From Rhodospirillaceae bacterium (GTDB lineage Bacteria > Pseudomonadota > Alphaproteobacteria > GCA-2721365), in assembly GCA_002721365.1 (NCBI GenBank), contig PBKC01000073.1:27225-91224 (forward strand): a DNA stretch of 64,000 nt, in the 5' to 3' direction. The notes beneath the pieces were generated by a model. That model was not told where the DNA came from and ran no database searches. It worked only from the letters and a program-made list of their open reading frames with translations. This document shows, in pieces, positions 25,769 to 34,820 of this stretch. How positions within the stretch are numbered: position 1 is the first letter of the stretch; the number at the start of each line of letters is the position of its first letter. The translations under genes and the position numbers were made by a program.

Positions 25769-27202
25769 GTGATGGGTTGGGCAGAGGCAGCACCCTGGCT
25801 GGCATTGATGGGATATGGCGCGCTGATCTGGCGCCTGACGCCCCGAAACGTGTCGGATGCCCAGTTTTTCGAGGGCGGATCGGCGCGGGGCGGCGAACCC
25901 GGCCTCTGGCTGCTGGTCGCCAGCGCGGCAATTACCTGGATCTTCGCCAAATCCATCGCCAATGCCGCCAGCCTGGGCGCCGCCTTCGGCTGGTGGGGCG
26001 GGATTGGCTACGCGTTCTACTATTTCAGCTTCGCGGTTGTCGGCATCGCCGTCTACATGATCCGCACCCGCGGCGGCTTCGCATCGCTGTCGAGCTTCCT
26101 GGTCGCCAAATACGGCCCGTTCTGCGCCAAGCTGTTCCTGGCCGCCATCGCTATCCGGCTGTTCAACGAGGTGTGGTCGAACACCAAGGTGTCGGCGCTC
26201 TATTTCGGTGCGGAAGGCGGCACCGGCTACTGGATGGCCGCCCTCGCGGTGACCGCGTTCACCCTGTTCTACTCCTGGCGGGGCGGGCTGCGGTCGAGCC
26301 TTCTCACCGACGGGGCTCAGATGCTTCTGGCGGCGGTGCTGCTGGTCGTCATTCTGGCGGTCATCGGCCCCGGCCTCGTCGCCCATGGACCGCTGGAAAC
26401 GCCGCCGGAGGCGCGGGCGGCGGGAATCACCTTCGCCCTCCTGGCCCTGGTCCAGGTGCTCTCCTACGGCTTTCATGACCCGGTCCTGACCGACCGGGCC
26501 TTCATCACCAGCCCGAAACGGATGGTGAAAGCCTTCCTGCTGGCCGGTCTGGTGTCGGGCGGCTTCATCCTGCTGTTCTCGATCATCGGCCTCTACGCCC
26601 ATGCGAACGGCCTTGAGGGTAATCCGAGCGTCGCGGTGCCCGCCGTTTTCGGCCTGCCGATGCTGCTGGTGTTCAACGTCATCATGCTGACCAGCGCCGG
26701 CTCGACCCTCGACTCGACCTTCGCGTCGACGGCCAAGCTCGGCGCGCGGGACTGGCAGAACGACTTCGCGCCGCCGACACCGCGACATTCGCAGCGCGGG
26801 CGCTGGTTCATGGTGGCGATCGCCTTGCTGGGCAACTTGCCGCTTCTTTCGATCTATCTCGGCGACAAGATCGGTCCGGCGGTGATCGCCGCGACGACGA
26901 TCAGCGGGACGATGGTGATGGGGTTGGCGCCGATCTTCCTGTTGGCGTGGCTCCGGCCCGCAGGGCGGCTCAGCTTCCACATGGCTTTCTGGCCCGGTCT
27001 CGCGCTCGGCGTGATCATGACGGTCGAAAGCGCCACCGGCCTCTCGATCATTCCGGCTTCGATCGACCTCGGCAGCGGGAAATATGCCGACGACCTCGGC
27101 GTCAATCTGTTCGGTCTGGCGCTCTGCACCGGCGGCTACCTTGCCGGCGCGGCGATCTCGGCGATGCTGCCGCGGGCGGCTGCTGGCCGAATGGGCGCTT
27201 GA
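25769..27202 (+). CDS. Polytopic membrane transporter, sodium:solute symporter-like
   Basis: 477-aa hydrophobic protein with about 12-13 predicted helices by eye and a GTG/ATG start pair at 25769/25772. Family assignment is tentative. Confidence 0.7.
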   Translation: MMGWAEAAPWLALMGYGALIWRLTPRNVSDAQFFEGGSARGGEPGLWLLVASAAITWIFAKSIANAASLGAAFGWWGGIGYAFYYFSFAVVGIAVYMIRTRGGFASLSSFLVAKYGPFCAKLFLAAIAIRLFNEVWSNTKVSALYFGAEGGTGYWMAALAVTAFTLFYSWRGGLRSSLLTDGAQMLLAAVLLVVILAVIGPGLVAHGPLETPPEARAAGITFALLALVQVLSYGFHDPVLTDRAFITSPKRMVKAFLLAGLVSGGFILLFSIIGLYAHANGLEGNPSVAVPAVFGLPMLLVFNVIMLTSAGSTLDSTFASTAKLGARDWQNDFAPPTPRHSQRGRWFMVAIALLGNLPLLSIYLGDKIGPAVIAATTISGTMVMGLAPIFLLAWLRPAGRLSFHMAFWPGLALGVIMTVESATGLSIIPASIDLGSGKYADDLGVNLFGLALCTGGYLAGAAISAMLPRAAAGRMGA

Positions 27203-27216
27203 AGGGGAGAAGCGAA

Positions 27217-28008
27217 ATGGGGCGCATCAGGGTCGGTATCGGCGGTTGGACGTTCGCGCCGTGGCGCGGCAGCTTCTACCCGCAGGGGCTGCCGCAGAAG
27301 CGTGAGCTCGACTATGCCAGCCGCCATCTGACCTCGATCGAGATCAACGGGACCTATTACGGCTCGCAGAAGCCCGAGAGCTTCGCCAAATGGCGTGACG
27401 AAACGCCGGAGGATTTCGTCTTCGCGGTCAAGGGGCCGCGCTTCACGACCAACCGTCGGGTGTTGGCCGAAGCCGGAGACTCGATCGAACGCTTCTTCGC
27501 CAGTGGCGTCATGGAGCTCAAGGAGAAACTGGGTCCGGTGAACTGGCAGTTCCTCCCCACCAAGGCATTCGATCCGGCCGATTTCGAGGGGTTCCTCCAG
27601 CGCCTGCCGCGACAGGTGGACGGGAGGCTGATCCGGCATGCGGTCGAAGTCCGGCACGAGAGCTTTCGGAAACCCGAATTCGTCGACCTTGCCCGCCGGT
27701 ATGGCGTCGCTGTCGTCCTATCGGCGGGCGGCGAATACCCTCAGATTGCCGATATCACCGCCGACTTCGTCTATGCGCGAATCATGGGAACCCGCGAAGA
27801 GGAGCCGGCGGGCTATGACGACCCGTCGCTCGATCTCTGGACAGATCGCGCCCGGACCTGGGCGGCAGGCCAGGCACCGGCCGATTTGGGAAGCGTATCG
27901 ACCCAACAGGATGCGGCGAATGGCCGCGACGTGTTCCTTTACGTGATAAGCGGCTGCAAGCCCCGAAACCCGGCCGCTGCCGTGGCGCTGATCGAACGGT
28001 TGGGCTGA
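27217..28008 (+). CDS. DUF72 domain-containing protein
   Basis: ATG at 27217 after GGGGAG. MGRIRVGIGGWTFAPWRGSFYPQGLPQKRELDYASRHLTSIEINGTYY...FVFAVKGPRF matches DUF72 conservation. The 5' part of listed ORF 26947..28008 overlaps the transporter gene and was discarded. Confidence 0.85.
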   Translation: MGRIRVGIGGWTFAPWRGSFYPQGLPQKRELDYASRHLTSIEINGTYYGSQKPESFAKWRDETPEDFVFAVKGPRFTTNRRVLAEAGDSIERFFASGVMELKEKLGPVNWQFLPTKAFDPADFEGFLQRLPRQVDGRLIRHAVEVRHESFRKPEFVDLARRYGVAVVLSAGGEYPQIADITADFVYARIMGTREEEPAGYDDPSLDLWTDRARTWAAGQAPADLGSVSTQQDAANGRDVFLYVISGCKPRNPAAAVALIERLG

Positions 28009-28012
28009 CGGC

Positions 28013-29356
28013 TCAGCTTCCCGCGACCGTCATCCCGTCGACCCGCAGGGTCGGGACGTTGATGCCGTACCGGAAAACGAGGTCATTGGCGGGGGTCATC
28101 TTCGGGAACATCTGCAAGATGTTGCCGGCGACCGTGAGGCCGCTGACCGGATATGCGATCTCGCCCTTCTCGATCCAGAAGCCCGCCGCGCCGCGGCTGT
28201 AGTCGCCGGTCACGGCGTTGAAGCTCATCCCCATCATCTCGGTGATGTAGAAGCCATCGTCGATGGCGGCGATCAGCGCTTCAGGGCTGTCCTCGCCCGG
28301 CTCCATGTAAAGGTTGGTGGGGGCGGGCGACGGCGTCGAATCGGTGCTGCGGGCCGCGTGACCCGTTGTCGGCAGGTTCAGTTGCCGCGCCGAGCGGGCG
28401 TCGAGAAGCCAGGTCAGCAGATTGCCGTCCTCGACGATGTTGCGGTGGACCGTGGCCACGCCTTCGCCGTCGAACGGCTTCGACGCCAGGCCGCGCGGCC
28501 GATGGGGATCGTCGACGATGACGGTTCCCGGCGCGAAGATCCGCTTTCCCATCTTGTCCTTGAGGAAACTCGTACCGCGAGCGATCGCGGGGCCGGCGAT
28601 GGCACCGGCCAGAAGCCGCAGAAAGCCGTTGGAGACGCGCGGGTCGAAGACCACGGGGACCTGGCACGACTTGACCCGGCGCGGATTGAGCCGCTTGACC
28701 GCGCGCTCCCCGGCACGCCGGCCGATCTCCGCCGGGGAGACGAGTTCGGAGCCATAGCGAGCGATCATGTATTCGTAATCGCGTTCCATCTGGGTGCCGG
28801 AGCCCGCCACCACCGAGGCGCTGATACCGAACTGCGAAGTCGGATAACTGCCGCCGAATCCGTCGGTGTTGGCAAGGGTTACGCGGTTCCGGGACCAACT
28901 CGCGGTGCCGCCTTCGGAATTGGTGATTCCCTCGACCGACATGGCCGCGTCCTCGGCCGCTGCGGCAAGTTCGGTCAGGCGCTCCACGGTGGGTTCGTGC
29001 GGGTCGCAGAGGTCGAGATCGGGGACTTCGGTCGCCAGCATCTGACGTTCGGCGAGGCCGCAATAGGCGTCCTCAGGGACCGCGCGCGCCATGGCGACCG
29101 CCCTCTCGACCAGCTCGTCGAGAGCGCTTTCCTGAATGTCGGTCGAAGAGACCACCGCCTGACGATGGCCGATCAGCACCCGCAGACCGACATCGTTGCT
29201 CTCAGACCGTTCCAGATCCTCGGGCTTCCCCAACCGCCACGATGCGGCGAGAGATGTCGATTCGACCATCAGGGCGTCCGCGGCCTCGGCTCCGGCTCCG
29301 CGTGCCTTGGCGAGCAGGTCGTGGAGCAGGTTCAGGGCGAAGTCGCTTTTGGCCAT
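28013..29356 (-). CDS. pmbA: TldD/PmbA family metalloprotease
   Basis: 447 aa. MAKSDFALNLLHDLLAKARGAGAEAADALMVESTSLAASWRLGKPE... The C-terminal GDYSRGAAGFWIEKGEIAYPV is typical of PmbA. Confidence 0.9.
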   Translation of the reverse strand: MAKSDFALNLLHDLLAKARGAGAEAADALMVESTSLAASWRLGKPEDLERSESNDVGLRVLIGHRQAVVSSTDIQESALDELVERAVAMARAVPEDAYCGLAERQMLATEVPDLDLCDPHEPTVERLTELAAAAEDAAMSVEGITNSEGGTASWSRNRVTLANTDGFGGSYPTSQFGISASVVAGSGTQMERDYEYMIARYGSELVSPAEIGRRAGERAVKRLNPRRVKSCQVPVVFDPRVSNGFLRLLAGAIAGPAIARGTSFLKDKMGKRIFAPGTVIVDDPHRPRGLASKPFDGEGVATVHRNIVEDGNLLTWLLDARSARQLNLPTTGHAARSTDSTPSPAPTNLYMEPGEDSPEALIAAIDDGFYITEMMGMSFNAVTGDYSRGAAGFWIEKGEIAYPVSGLTVAGNILQMFPKMTPANDLVFRYGINVPTLRVDGMTVAGS

Positions 29357-29486
29357 CAGGTCCTCGTAACGGCGATTGAGAGAAGCAGGGGAACCGGTCT
29401 CTATATAGGCGCGCGACCGAGCACACCAATGCCGTCCGCCGTTTCGGCGGCGGCGGCATTGGCGGGTCGTCGGAAATTTGGGGCGT

Positions 29487-30320
29487 TCAGGCGAGGGCCA
29501 AGGCGGGGCTGTGCCCTACCTTGAAGTCGTTAAGCCCGCACCGGTCGACGCCTCGCATCAGCCACAGCGGCCGGTTGATGAAATCCACCGCGCCGGAGCG
29601 GCGGGTGAGTTCGGCACCGAACTCCCGATCGAAATGCGACGTGGTCGGCATGAAGCGGAGAACGTAGCCCGCCCGGCGTTTGGGCGAGCGGTTCGGCATC
29701 GAGCCGTGGATCAGATAGACGTCGTGCAGCGAAATCTGTCCCGGCTCCAGGATCACGTCGCGGGCCTCGGCTTCGTCGAACTCGTTGTCTTCGAGCTTCT
29801 GGTTCAGCGTGTAGACATCGGTCGAGGCGAGGTTGTGGTGACGCACCCGCTGGGTCCGGTGCGAACCGGGTATGATGCGCAGGCAGCCGTTCTCCGGCGT
29901 CGATTCGTCCAGGGCGATCCAGGCCGAGCAGGTCGCCAGCGGGCGGATCGGCCAGTATTCCCCGTCCTGATGCCAGGGGGTCTCCTTACCCGAGTTGGCG
30001 GGTTTGCCGAACACGGTCGTGCCCCAGAGAAGGAAGTCCGGGCCGATGACCTGCTCGACCATGTCGAGGATTTCCGGCGTCCGGGCGAACTCCAGCCATT
30101 CCTCCCGTCCGCGGAGGCCCTGGCAGCCGCCCTCCATGATGTGCGGACAGTACATGGCGTCGGGAGACACGGTTGGGTTGTCGCGGATCAGGCGGTCCAG
30201 CGCCTCGCGCATCTGGCCCAGCAGCGACTCCGGCAACCGCCATTGCGGCACCACCAAGCCGTCTTTCCGATAAGTCTCGACTTCGGCTTCCGAAAGCCGC
30301 GCGTGTCCCGCTTGTGCCAT
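29487..30320 (-). CDS. Phytanoyl-CoA dioxygenase (PhyH) family Fe(II)/2-oxoglutarate oxygenase
   Basis: LSEAEVETYRKDGLVVP, TPWHQDGEYWPIRP (HxD facial triad region) and HGSMPNRSPKRRAGYVLRF. Confidence 0.85.
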   Translation of the reverse strand: MAQAGHARLSEAEVETYRKDGLVVPQWRLPESLLGQMREALDRLIRDNPTVSPDAMYCPHIMEGGCQGLRGREEWLEFARTPEILDMVEQVIGPDFLLWGTTVFGKPANSGKETPWHQDGEYWPIRPLATCSAWIALDESTPENGCLRIIPGSHRTQRVRHHNLASTDVYTLNQKLEDNEFDEAEARDVILEPGQISLHDVYLIHGSMPNRSPKRRAGYVLRFMPTTSHFDREFGAELTRRSGAVDFINRPLWLMRGVDRCGLNDFKVGHSPALALA

Positions 30321-30395
30321 TTCCGTCCCTTTCTACGCCGGCTTGCGCCGTGTCAATCGGCACAGAATAGCTTCCGCGCTTCGGCGGGGACAGGT

Positions 30396-31703
30396 TCAGT
30401 TCATGCCCTGGGAGGCCGAAATCTCCGAATCCAGGAAGTCGCGCGCCTGCTTCAGCGCTTCGGTATAGGCCTGCATTCCCAGACGGTCGCGACCATTCCC
30501 GGCGGCGATCCGGAACTGGAGAAACTGCCCATTCTCGCCCGTTTCGTCGGTGTAGTGCATTTCCACCATCGTGCGGCCGTCCGCATCCCGGCTGACCGAC
30601 GCTTCGGCGAGGCTGAGGGTGGGCGCCGCGGCGGAGGAAGCCTGATCGGGTGCCGGGGCAGCCGTCGCCGGCTCGGGCTTGCTGGCGGGCGGGGTCGGGC
30701 GAACCGACGGGGTCGCTTCAGACGGCGCAGCGGATTCGGCGGCGGCGACATCCGTATCGCCCTTCGGAATGCCTGCTTCGATGACGTTGTCTGCGATTTC
30801 GGCCAAACCGTCGGCAATGGTCGGAACGTTGTAGATCTTGTTGTTCCGGATCTCGACCGGCGTGCCCATCCAGTTCTTCACCAGCGTGCCGCCGGTGTGG
30901 TGATTGATGAACGTGTTGTCCTCGATCACCAGACGGTTGTCCTTGTACTCCATGCCTTCCGGGCCATAGGCGATGAAGATGCTGTTTATGCCTTTTCCGG
31001 TTCCCTGGATGATCTTGTTGCCGCGGATCTCGCCGACGCCGCCGTTGGACATGTCGACGCTGTAGCTTGCGACGGTCTTCGCATCGTCCAGGACGGAATC
31101 TATGACATGCGTTTCCGCGGCGCGGCTCTTGATATGATGGCCGATCTTGGTGTCGTGGAAATAGGAATTCTTCACCGTCAGCTTGGCGATCCGGTTCACG
31201 TAGATCCCGTGCGTCCTGCCGCGGCCATAACCGTTCCGGGCGAACTCGCTGTCTTCGATGAGGATCTCGCCGCCCTTGGCGGTCGCCGCGAGGATGCCGT
31301 CCTCGTTGTCATGGAAGTAGCAGTTCCGGATGGTGAGCTTGCCACCCTCGTAACGGATACCGGCGCCGTTGCGGTCCCGGACGGTGGCACCAGAAAATTC
31401 GAGGTTCTCCAGGGTGATGTCGCCGGAGGTGATGAAGATCCCCTTGCCGTTGCCGATCTGGAGCGTTGCCTCGATATGGGCCCTGCCGTCGACGCCGATG
31501 ATCGTCAGGTCGTGCTTGATCTCGGCGAAATCGTTCGCGTAGAGGCCGGCACGGACGTAGACCGTGTCGCCCGGCTGCGAGTCCTTCACCGCCGAGGCGA
31601 TCGTCTTATGGGGTTCGTCCGGCCCCACCCAAATCTCTGCCGCTGCCGCGATCCCGGTGCTGGCGATGAGCATGAGGAAAGCGGCTGTCGATCTTGCGAG
31701 CAT
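30396..31703 (-). CDS. Secreted right-handed parallel beta-helix repeat protein with PA-rich linker and small C-terminal domain
   Basis: Signal peptide MLARSTAAFLMLIASTGIAAAA. Repeated beta-helix rungs (GAGIRYEGGKLTIRNCYFHDNEDGILA, ILIEDSEFARNG, LTVKNSYFHDT, LVIEDNTFINH, VEIRNNKIYN). A Pro/Ala-rich linker and a ~90-aa C-terminal module follow. Confidence 0.85.
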   Translation of the reverse strand: MLARSTAAFLMLIASTGIAAAAEIWVGPDEPHKTIASAVKDSQPGDTVYVRAGLYANDFAEIKHDLTIIGVDGRAHIEATLQIGNGKGIFITSGDITLENLEFSGATVRDRNGAGIRYEGGKLTIRNCYFHDNEDGILAATAKGGEILIEDSEFARNGYGRGRTHGIYVNRIAKLTVKNSYFHDTKIGHHIKSRAAETHVIDSVLDDAKTVASYSVDMSNGGVGEIRGNKIIQGTGKGINSIFIAYGPEGMEYKDNRLVIEDNTFINHHTGGTLVKNWMGTPVEIRNNKIYNVPTIADGLAEIADNVIEAGIPKGDTDVAAAESAAPSEATPSVRPTPPASKPEPATAAPAPDQASSAAAPTLSLAEASVSRDADGRTMVEMHYTDETGENGQFLQFRIAAGNGRDRLGMQAYTEALKQARDFLDSEISASQGMN

Positions 31704-31817
31704 TCGGGCCTCCCGTGACGTTTCGTCGATGACTGCTGCGATGGGGCGGCGGGCCGCGCCGGTCTAGACCCTATCTGGCGTCGACCCCGGGCTGCCGCCA
31801 CCCCGGCAGTTAACACG

Positions 31818-32738
31818 TCACATGTTGAGGTAGTTGAGCGGAAGGCCCGGTCGCGGCCATTCGGCGGCCACCAGCCGGCCGCCCGTCGACAAGGTTATGA
31901 AGGCGGTTCTGAGGTCGGGCCCGCCGAAACAGATATTCGTGGCATAGGGATCGTCCGTCGGGATGTGCTCGACCTTCGACCCGTCCGGCGCGACGACGGT
32001 GATGCCGCCTTCCATCAGCGTGCCCACGCAGATGTTGCCGGCACTGTCGACGGCCAGGGAGTCGAAGCGCTTGTAGCCGGGGACACCGGTCACCAGCCGT
32101 CCGCCGTTGACCGACGGCCAGAGTTCCTTCTCCAGCTCGCCAGGACGTTTGATCGGCCAGGCCCAGAGCCGTCCGGGCTCGGTCTCGGCGACGTAGAGGG
32201 TCTTTTCGTCGGGCGACAGGCCGACGCCGTTGGGCGTCACGGCGGGGAAGACCACTTCCGTGATCGCACTGCCGTCCGCCTTCGCGTAATAGACCGCGCC
32301 GCGATCCTGCTCACGCGGCCGAACCTTGCCGAGGTCGGTGAAGTAGAACCCGCCCTGGGAGTCGAAGACGAGGTCGTTCGGCCCTTTGAGCGGATTACCG
32401 CCGCATTCGGTGTAAAGCACCTCGACCGCGCCGGTTTCGATGTCCACCCGCTCGATCCGGCCGCCGCTGTAGTCGCTGGCCTGGAGATGAGGGCGCAGCA
32501 TCCCGCGCTCTTCGACGAAATCGAAGCCGCCATTGTTGCAGATGTAGCATTTGCCGTCGGGGCCCATGGCGGCGCCGTTGGGCCCGCCACCCGTTTCGGC
32601 GATGACCGAGACTCGGCCGTCGGGCGAGACCCGGCTCAAGGTGCGCCGTTCGATCTCCACCAGGATCACACTTCCGTCCGGCATGGCGATCGGTCCCTCC
32701 GGGAACCGGAGACCGGACGCGATCTCACGAAACTGCAT
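31818..32738 (-). CDS. SMP-30/gluconolactonase/LRE family protein
   Basis: MQFREIASGLRFPEGPIAMPDGSVILVEI..., GPNGAAMGPDG, PNDLVFDSQGGFYFTD, PNGVGLSPDEKTLYVAE. I prefer the ATG at 32738, which is preceded by AGGGAGGA, over the upstream ATG at 32774, which has poor RBS spacing. Confidence 0.88.
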   Translation of the reverse strand: MQFREIASGLRFPEGPIAMPDGSVILVEIERRTLSRVSPDGRVSVIAETGGGPNGAAMGPDGKCYICNNGGFDFVEERGMLRPHLQASDYSGGRIERVDIETGAVEVLYTECGGNPLKGPNDLVFDSQGGFYFTDLGKVRPREQDRGAVYYAKADGSAITEVVFPAVTPNGVGLSPDEKTLYVAETEPGRLWAWPIKRPGELEKELWPSVNGGRLVTGVPGYKRFDSLAVDSAGNICVGTLMEGGITVVAPDGSKVEHIPTDDPYATNICFGGPDLRTAFITLSTGGRLVAAEWPRPGLPLNYLNM

Positions 32739-32827
32739 GGTTCGATATCCTCCCTGTACGTTTTCGTTGGGCATTGTGACACCGCAAACTCCCGCGCCCG
32801 GCGGGACGGCGTGGATGATCGGCCGGT

Positions 32828-33493
32828 TCAGCCGTCCGACAGCGGGCCTCCGCCACAGCCCCTCAAGGTCCGATCACCGACCCGGACGGTTACGGTGTCG
32901 CGTAGGGGAACGCCGCTCGGCGCTACGCAGGGGTTGTGACGGACTTCGACGACGACCTGGTGCTGATTGTTCGTTGCCGTGTAGGTGAAGCCATTGGCGG
33001 CCTGTGTCTTTTCGGGGGTCGGCGCCTCGATCTTGGTAGCCCCGTAGTCGATCTCGAGGACGAGTTGCGCACCGTCCGCGTGAAGCAGCCATCCCGGTTC
33101 GTTGCCTCGCGCGACATAGACCTTGGAGTCTTCGGATGCATGGTCCCGCACTTCCCGGCAGGTAGGGTAGGTTCGGTCGCCGATCGTCAGAGTGGCTTCG
33201 CGTCCCTTGTTCCAGAACTCGATCGGACCCGATTCCGTCTCACCGGTGTAGCGGGCGCCGGACGCGGATATCGCCCGCTGCAGTCCGTAGCTCCGTCCTT
33301 CCGTGGCAAGGCGGAGCGATTCTTCGACGAAGGTGGCATCGACCCTTGTTGGCCCGCACGCGAACGTCGCGGCGATCGGTTCGGCAGGCCCCCCGGCGCT
33401 GCCCGATTGCTCGAAGGACCCACCGCCATCCGGCGACCCGCAGGAGGACAGGAAAGTGACCAGGAGAACCGCGGCGGGACCTTGAAGGCGCAT
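32828..33493 (-). CDS. Lipoprotein with MliC-like (lysozyme-inhibitor) domain plus second beta-rich domain
   Basis: ORF trimmed to the ATG at 33493. Lipobox in MRLQGPAAVLLVTFLSSC. The first domain, FACGPTRVDATF...ASGARYTGE...FWNKGREATL, resembles MliC. The second domain reads ARGNEPGWLLH.... Confidence 0.78.
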   Translation of the reverse strand: MRLQGPAAVLLVTFLSSCGSPDGGGSFEQSGSAGGPAEPIAATFACGPTRVDATFVEESLRLATEGRSYGLQRAISASGARYTGETESGPIEFWNKGREATLTIGDRTYPTCREVRDHASEDSKVYVARGNEPGWLLHADGAQLVLEIDYGATKIEAPTPEKTQAANGFTYTATNNQHQVVVEVRHNPCVAPSGVPLRDTVTVRVGDRTLRGCGGGPLSDG

Positions 33494-33679
33494 CAATCGT
33501 CGGACCTTTCCTCGTTGTGATCCCCGGCCGTCCGTCGAATCATCGGCGCATGGGCGTTGACGAATCCGTGACTTGACCGAACTGGCGGGAGTCATGGCAA
33601 ATAACTGCGACTCGCTCGCACATTCATTGTCGGCCAGATCACACCCAAGACATGTCTGATGCAACATGAGGAATACCTG

Positions 33680-34267
33680 ATGCTCTATCGGTTCTCGAAG
33701 AACCTAATGACGTCCGCGTTGATTGCCGTACCGCTTGCCGCCGGCGCGGTTCCGGCGATGGCTGCCGAGTACAAGCTCGATCCGGCGCATTCGTTCATCG
33801 TGTTCAAGATCAAGCATCTCGGGTTCAGCTGGCTCGTCGGCCGGTTCAACAGTTTCGACGGCACGATTGAATACGACCCCGAGACGGGGCCCGAGTCGCA
33901 GTCGATCTCCGTGACCATCGACGCCGCGAGCCTCGATACCAATCATGCCGAGCGCGACAAGCATCTCCGCAGCGACGATTTCTTCAACGTCTCGGAATAT
34001 CCCACCGTCACTTTCGAGAGCACAGGTTATGAGGGGGACGAGACGGGTGGTACCCTCTCCGGCGAACTTACCTTCCTCGGCGTCACCAAGCCGATCTCGT
34101 TCGAAGTTCGAAAGGTGGGTGAAGGCGCCGATCCGTGGGGCGGCTACCGCGCAGGGTTCGAAGGAAGCTACACGATGACCCGCGGTGATTTCGGCATGGA
34201 CTACGATCTTGGCCCTGCGTCGCGGACCGTCGAGATCGACCTCTATGTCGAGGGTATCCGTCAGTAG
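33680..34267 (+). CDS. YceI family periplasmic polyisoprenoid-binding protein
   Basis: ATG at 33680 after GAGGAA. Signal peptide followed by YKLDPAHSFIVFKIKHLGFSWLVGRFNSFDGTIEYD and TNHAERDKHLRSDDFFNV, which are YceI hallmarks. Confidence 0.9.
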   Translation: MLYRFSKNLMTSALIAVPLAAGAVPAMAAEYKLDPAHSFIVFKIKHLGFSWLVGRFNSFDGTIEYDPETGPESQSISVTIDAASLDTNHAERDKHLRSDDFFNVSEYPTVTFESTGYEGDETGGTLSGELTFLGVTKPISFEVRKVGEGADPWGGYRAGFEGSYTMTRGDFGMDYDLGPASRTVEIDLYVEGIRQ

Positions 34268-34274
34268 TAGTCGT

Positions 34275-34814
34275 ATGCTGGCCAACGGTCCCGACCGCTA
34301 TGGGTTGGTAAGCAAGTTGCTTCACTGGCTCATCGCGGCGGGTATCGTCGGCCTCGTCATCCTCGGCTGGTGGATGGTGGGGCTCAGCTACTACGACGCC
34401 TGGTACAACCGGGGCCTGGCTCTACACAGGGCCTTCGGCCTGATCGTGCTGGCGCTTGCGATTCTGTTCGTCGGCTGGCGGCTGCTTTCGCCGCCGCCAA
34501 GGCTTCAGCAGACGCTCAAGCCTTGGGAGAGGGCGGCCGCGAACACGGTGCATGTCGTGCTGCTGGCCGCAATGGTGGCGATCCCGACCTCCGGCTATTT
34601 CATCTCCACCTCGGCCGGGGCCGGGGTGCCGATCTTCGGTTTGTTCGAGGTGCCCGCCCTCACAGCCGTTCCCGATCGCCTGCGCGATCTCGCCATCGCC
34701 GTTCACTACTATCTGGCCTATGGCGTGATTGCCGTGGCCGCGATGCATGCCGGCGCTGCCTTGAAGCATCAGTTCATCGATCGCGACGGAACTTTGAAAC
34801 GGATGCTCTGGTAG
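34275..34814 (+). CDS. Cytochrome b561 family protein
   Basis: ATG at 34275. RYGLVSKLLHWLIAAGIVGLV...LHRAFGLIVL...VHVVLLAAM...HAGAALKH supplies the His ligands of a YceJ-type b561. This is the classic yceI-yceJ pairing. Confidence 0.88.
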   Translation: MLANGPDRYGLVSKLLHWLIAAGIVGLVILGWWMVGLSYYDAWYNRGLALHRAFGLIVLALAILFVGWRLLSPPPRLQQTLKPWERAAANTVHVVLLAAMVAIPTSGYFISTSAGAGVPIFGLFEVPALTAVPDRLRDLAIAVHYYLAYGVIAVAAMHAGAALKHQFIDRDGTLKRMLW

Positions 34815-34820
34815 CGACCC

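Noticed and set aside
25682-26980. 432-aa minus-strand ORF
   Set aside because: It is antisense to the polytopic transporter gene. The product is hydrophilic and Arg/Glu/Gln/Pro-rich. The plus-strand product has coherent TM-helix periodicity.
29478-31718. 746-aa plus-strand ORF
   Set aside because: It runs antisense across two separate well-supported genes (PhyH and the beta-helix protein) and their intergenic gap. Its composition is typical of spurious high-GC ORFs.
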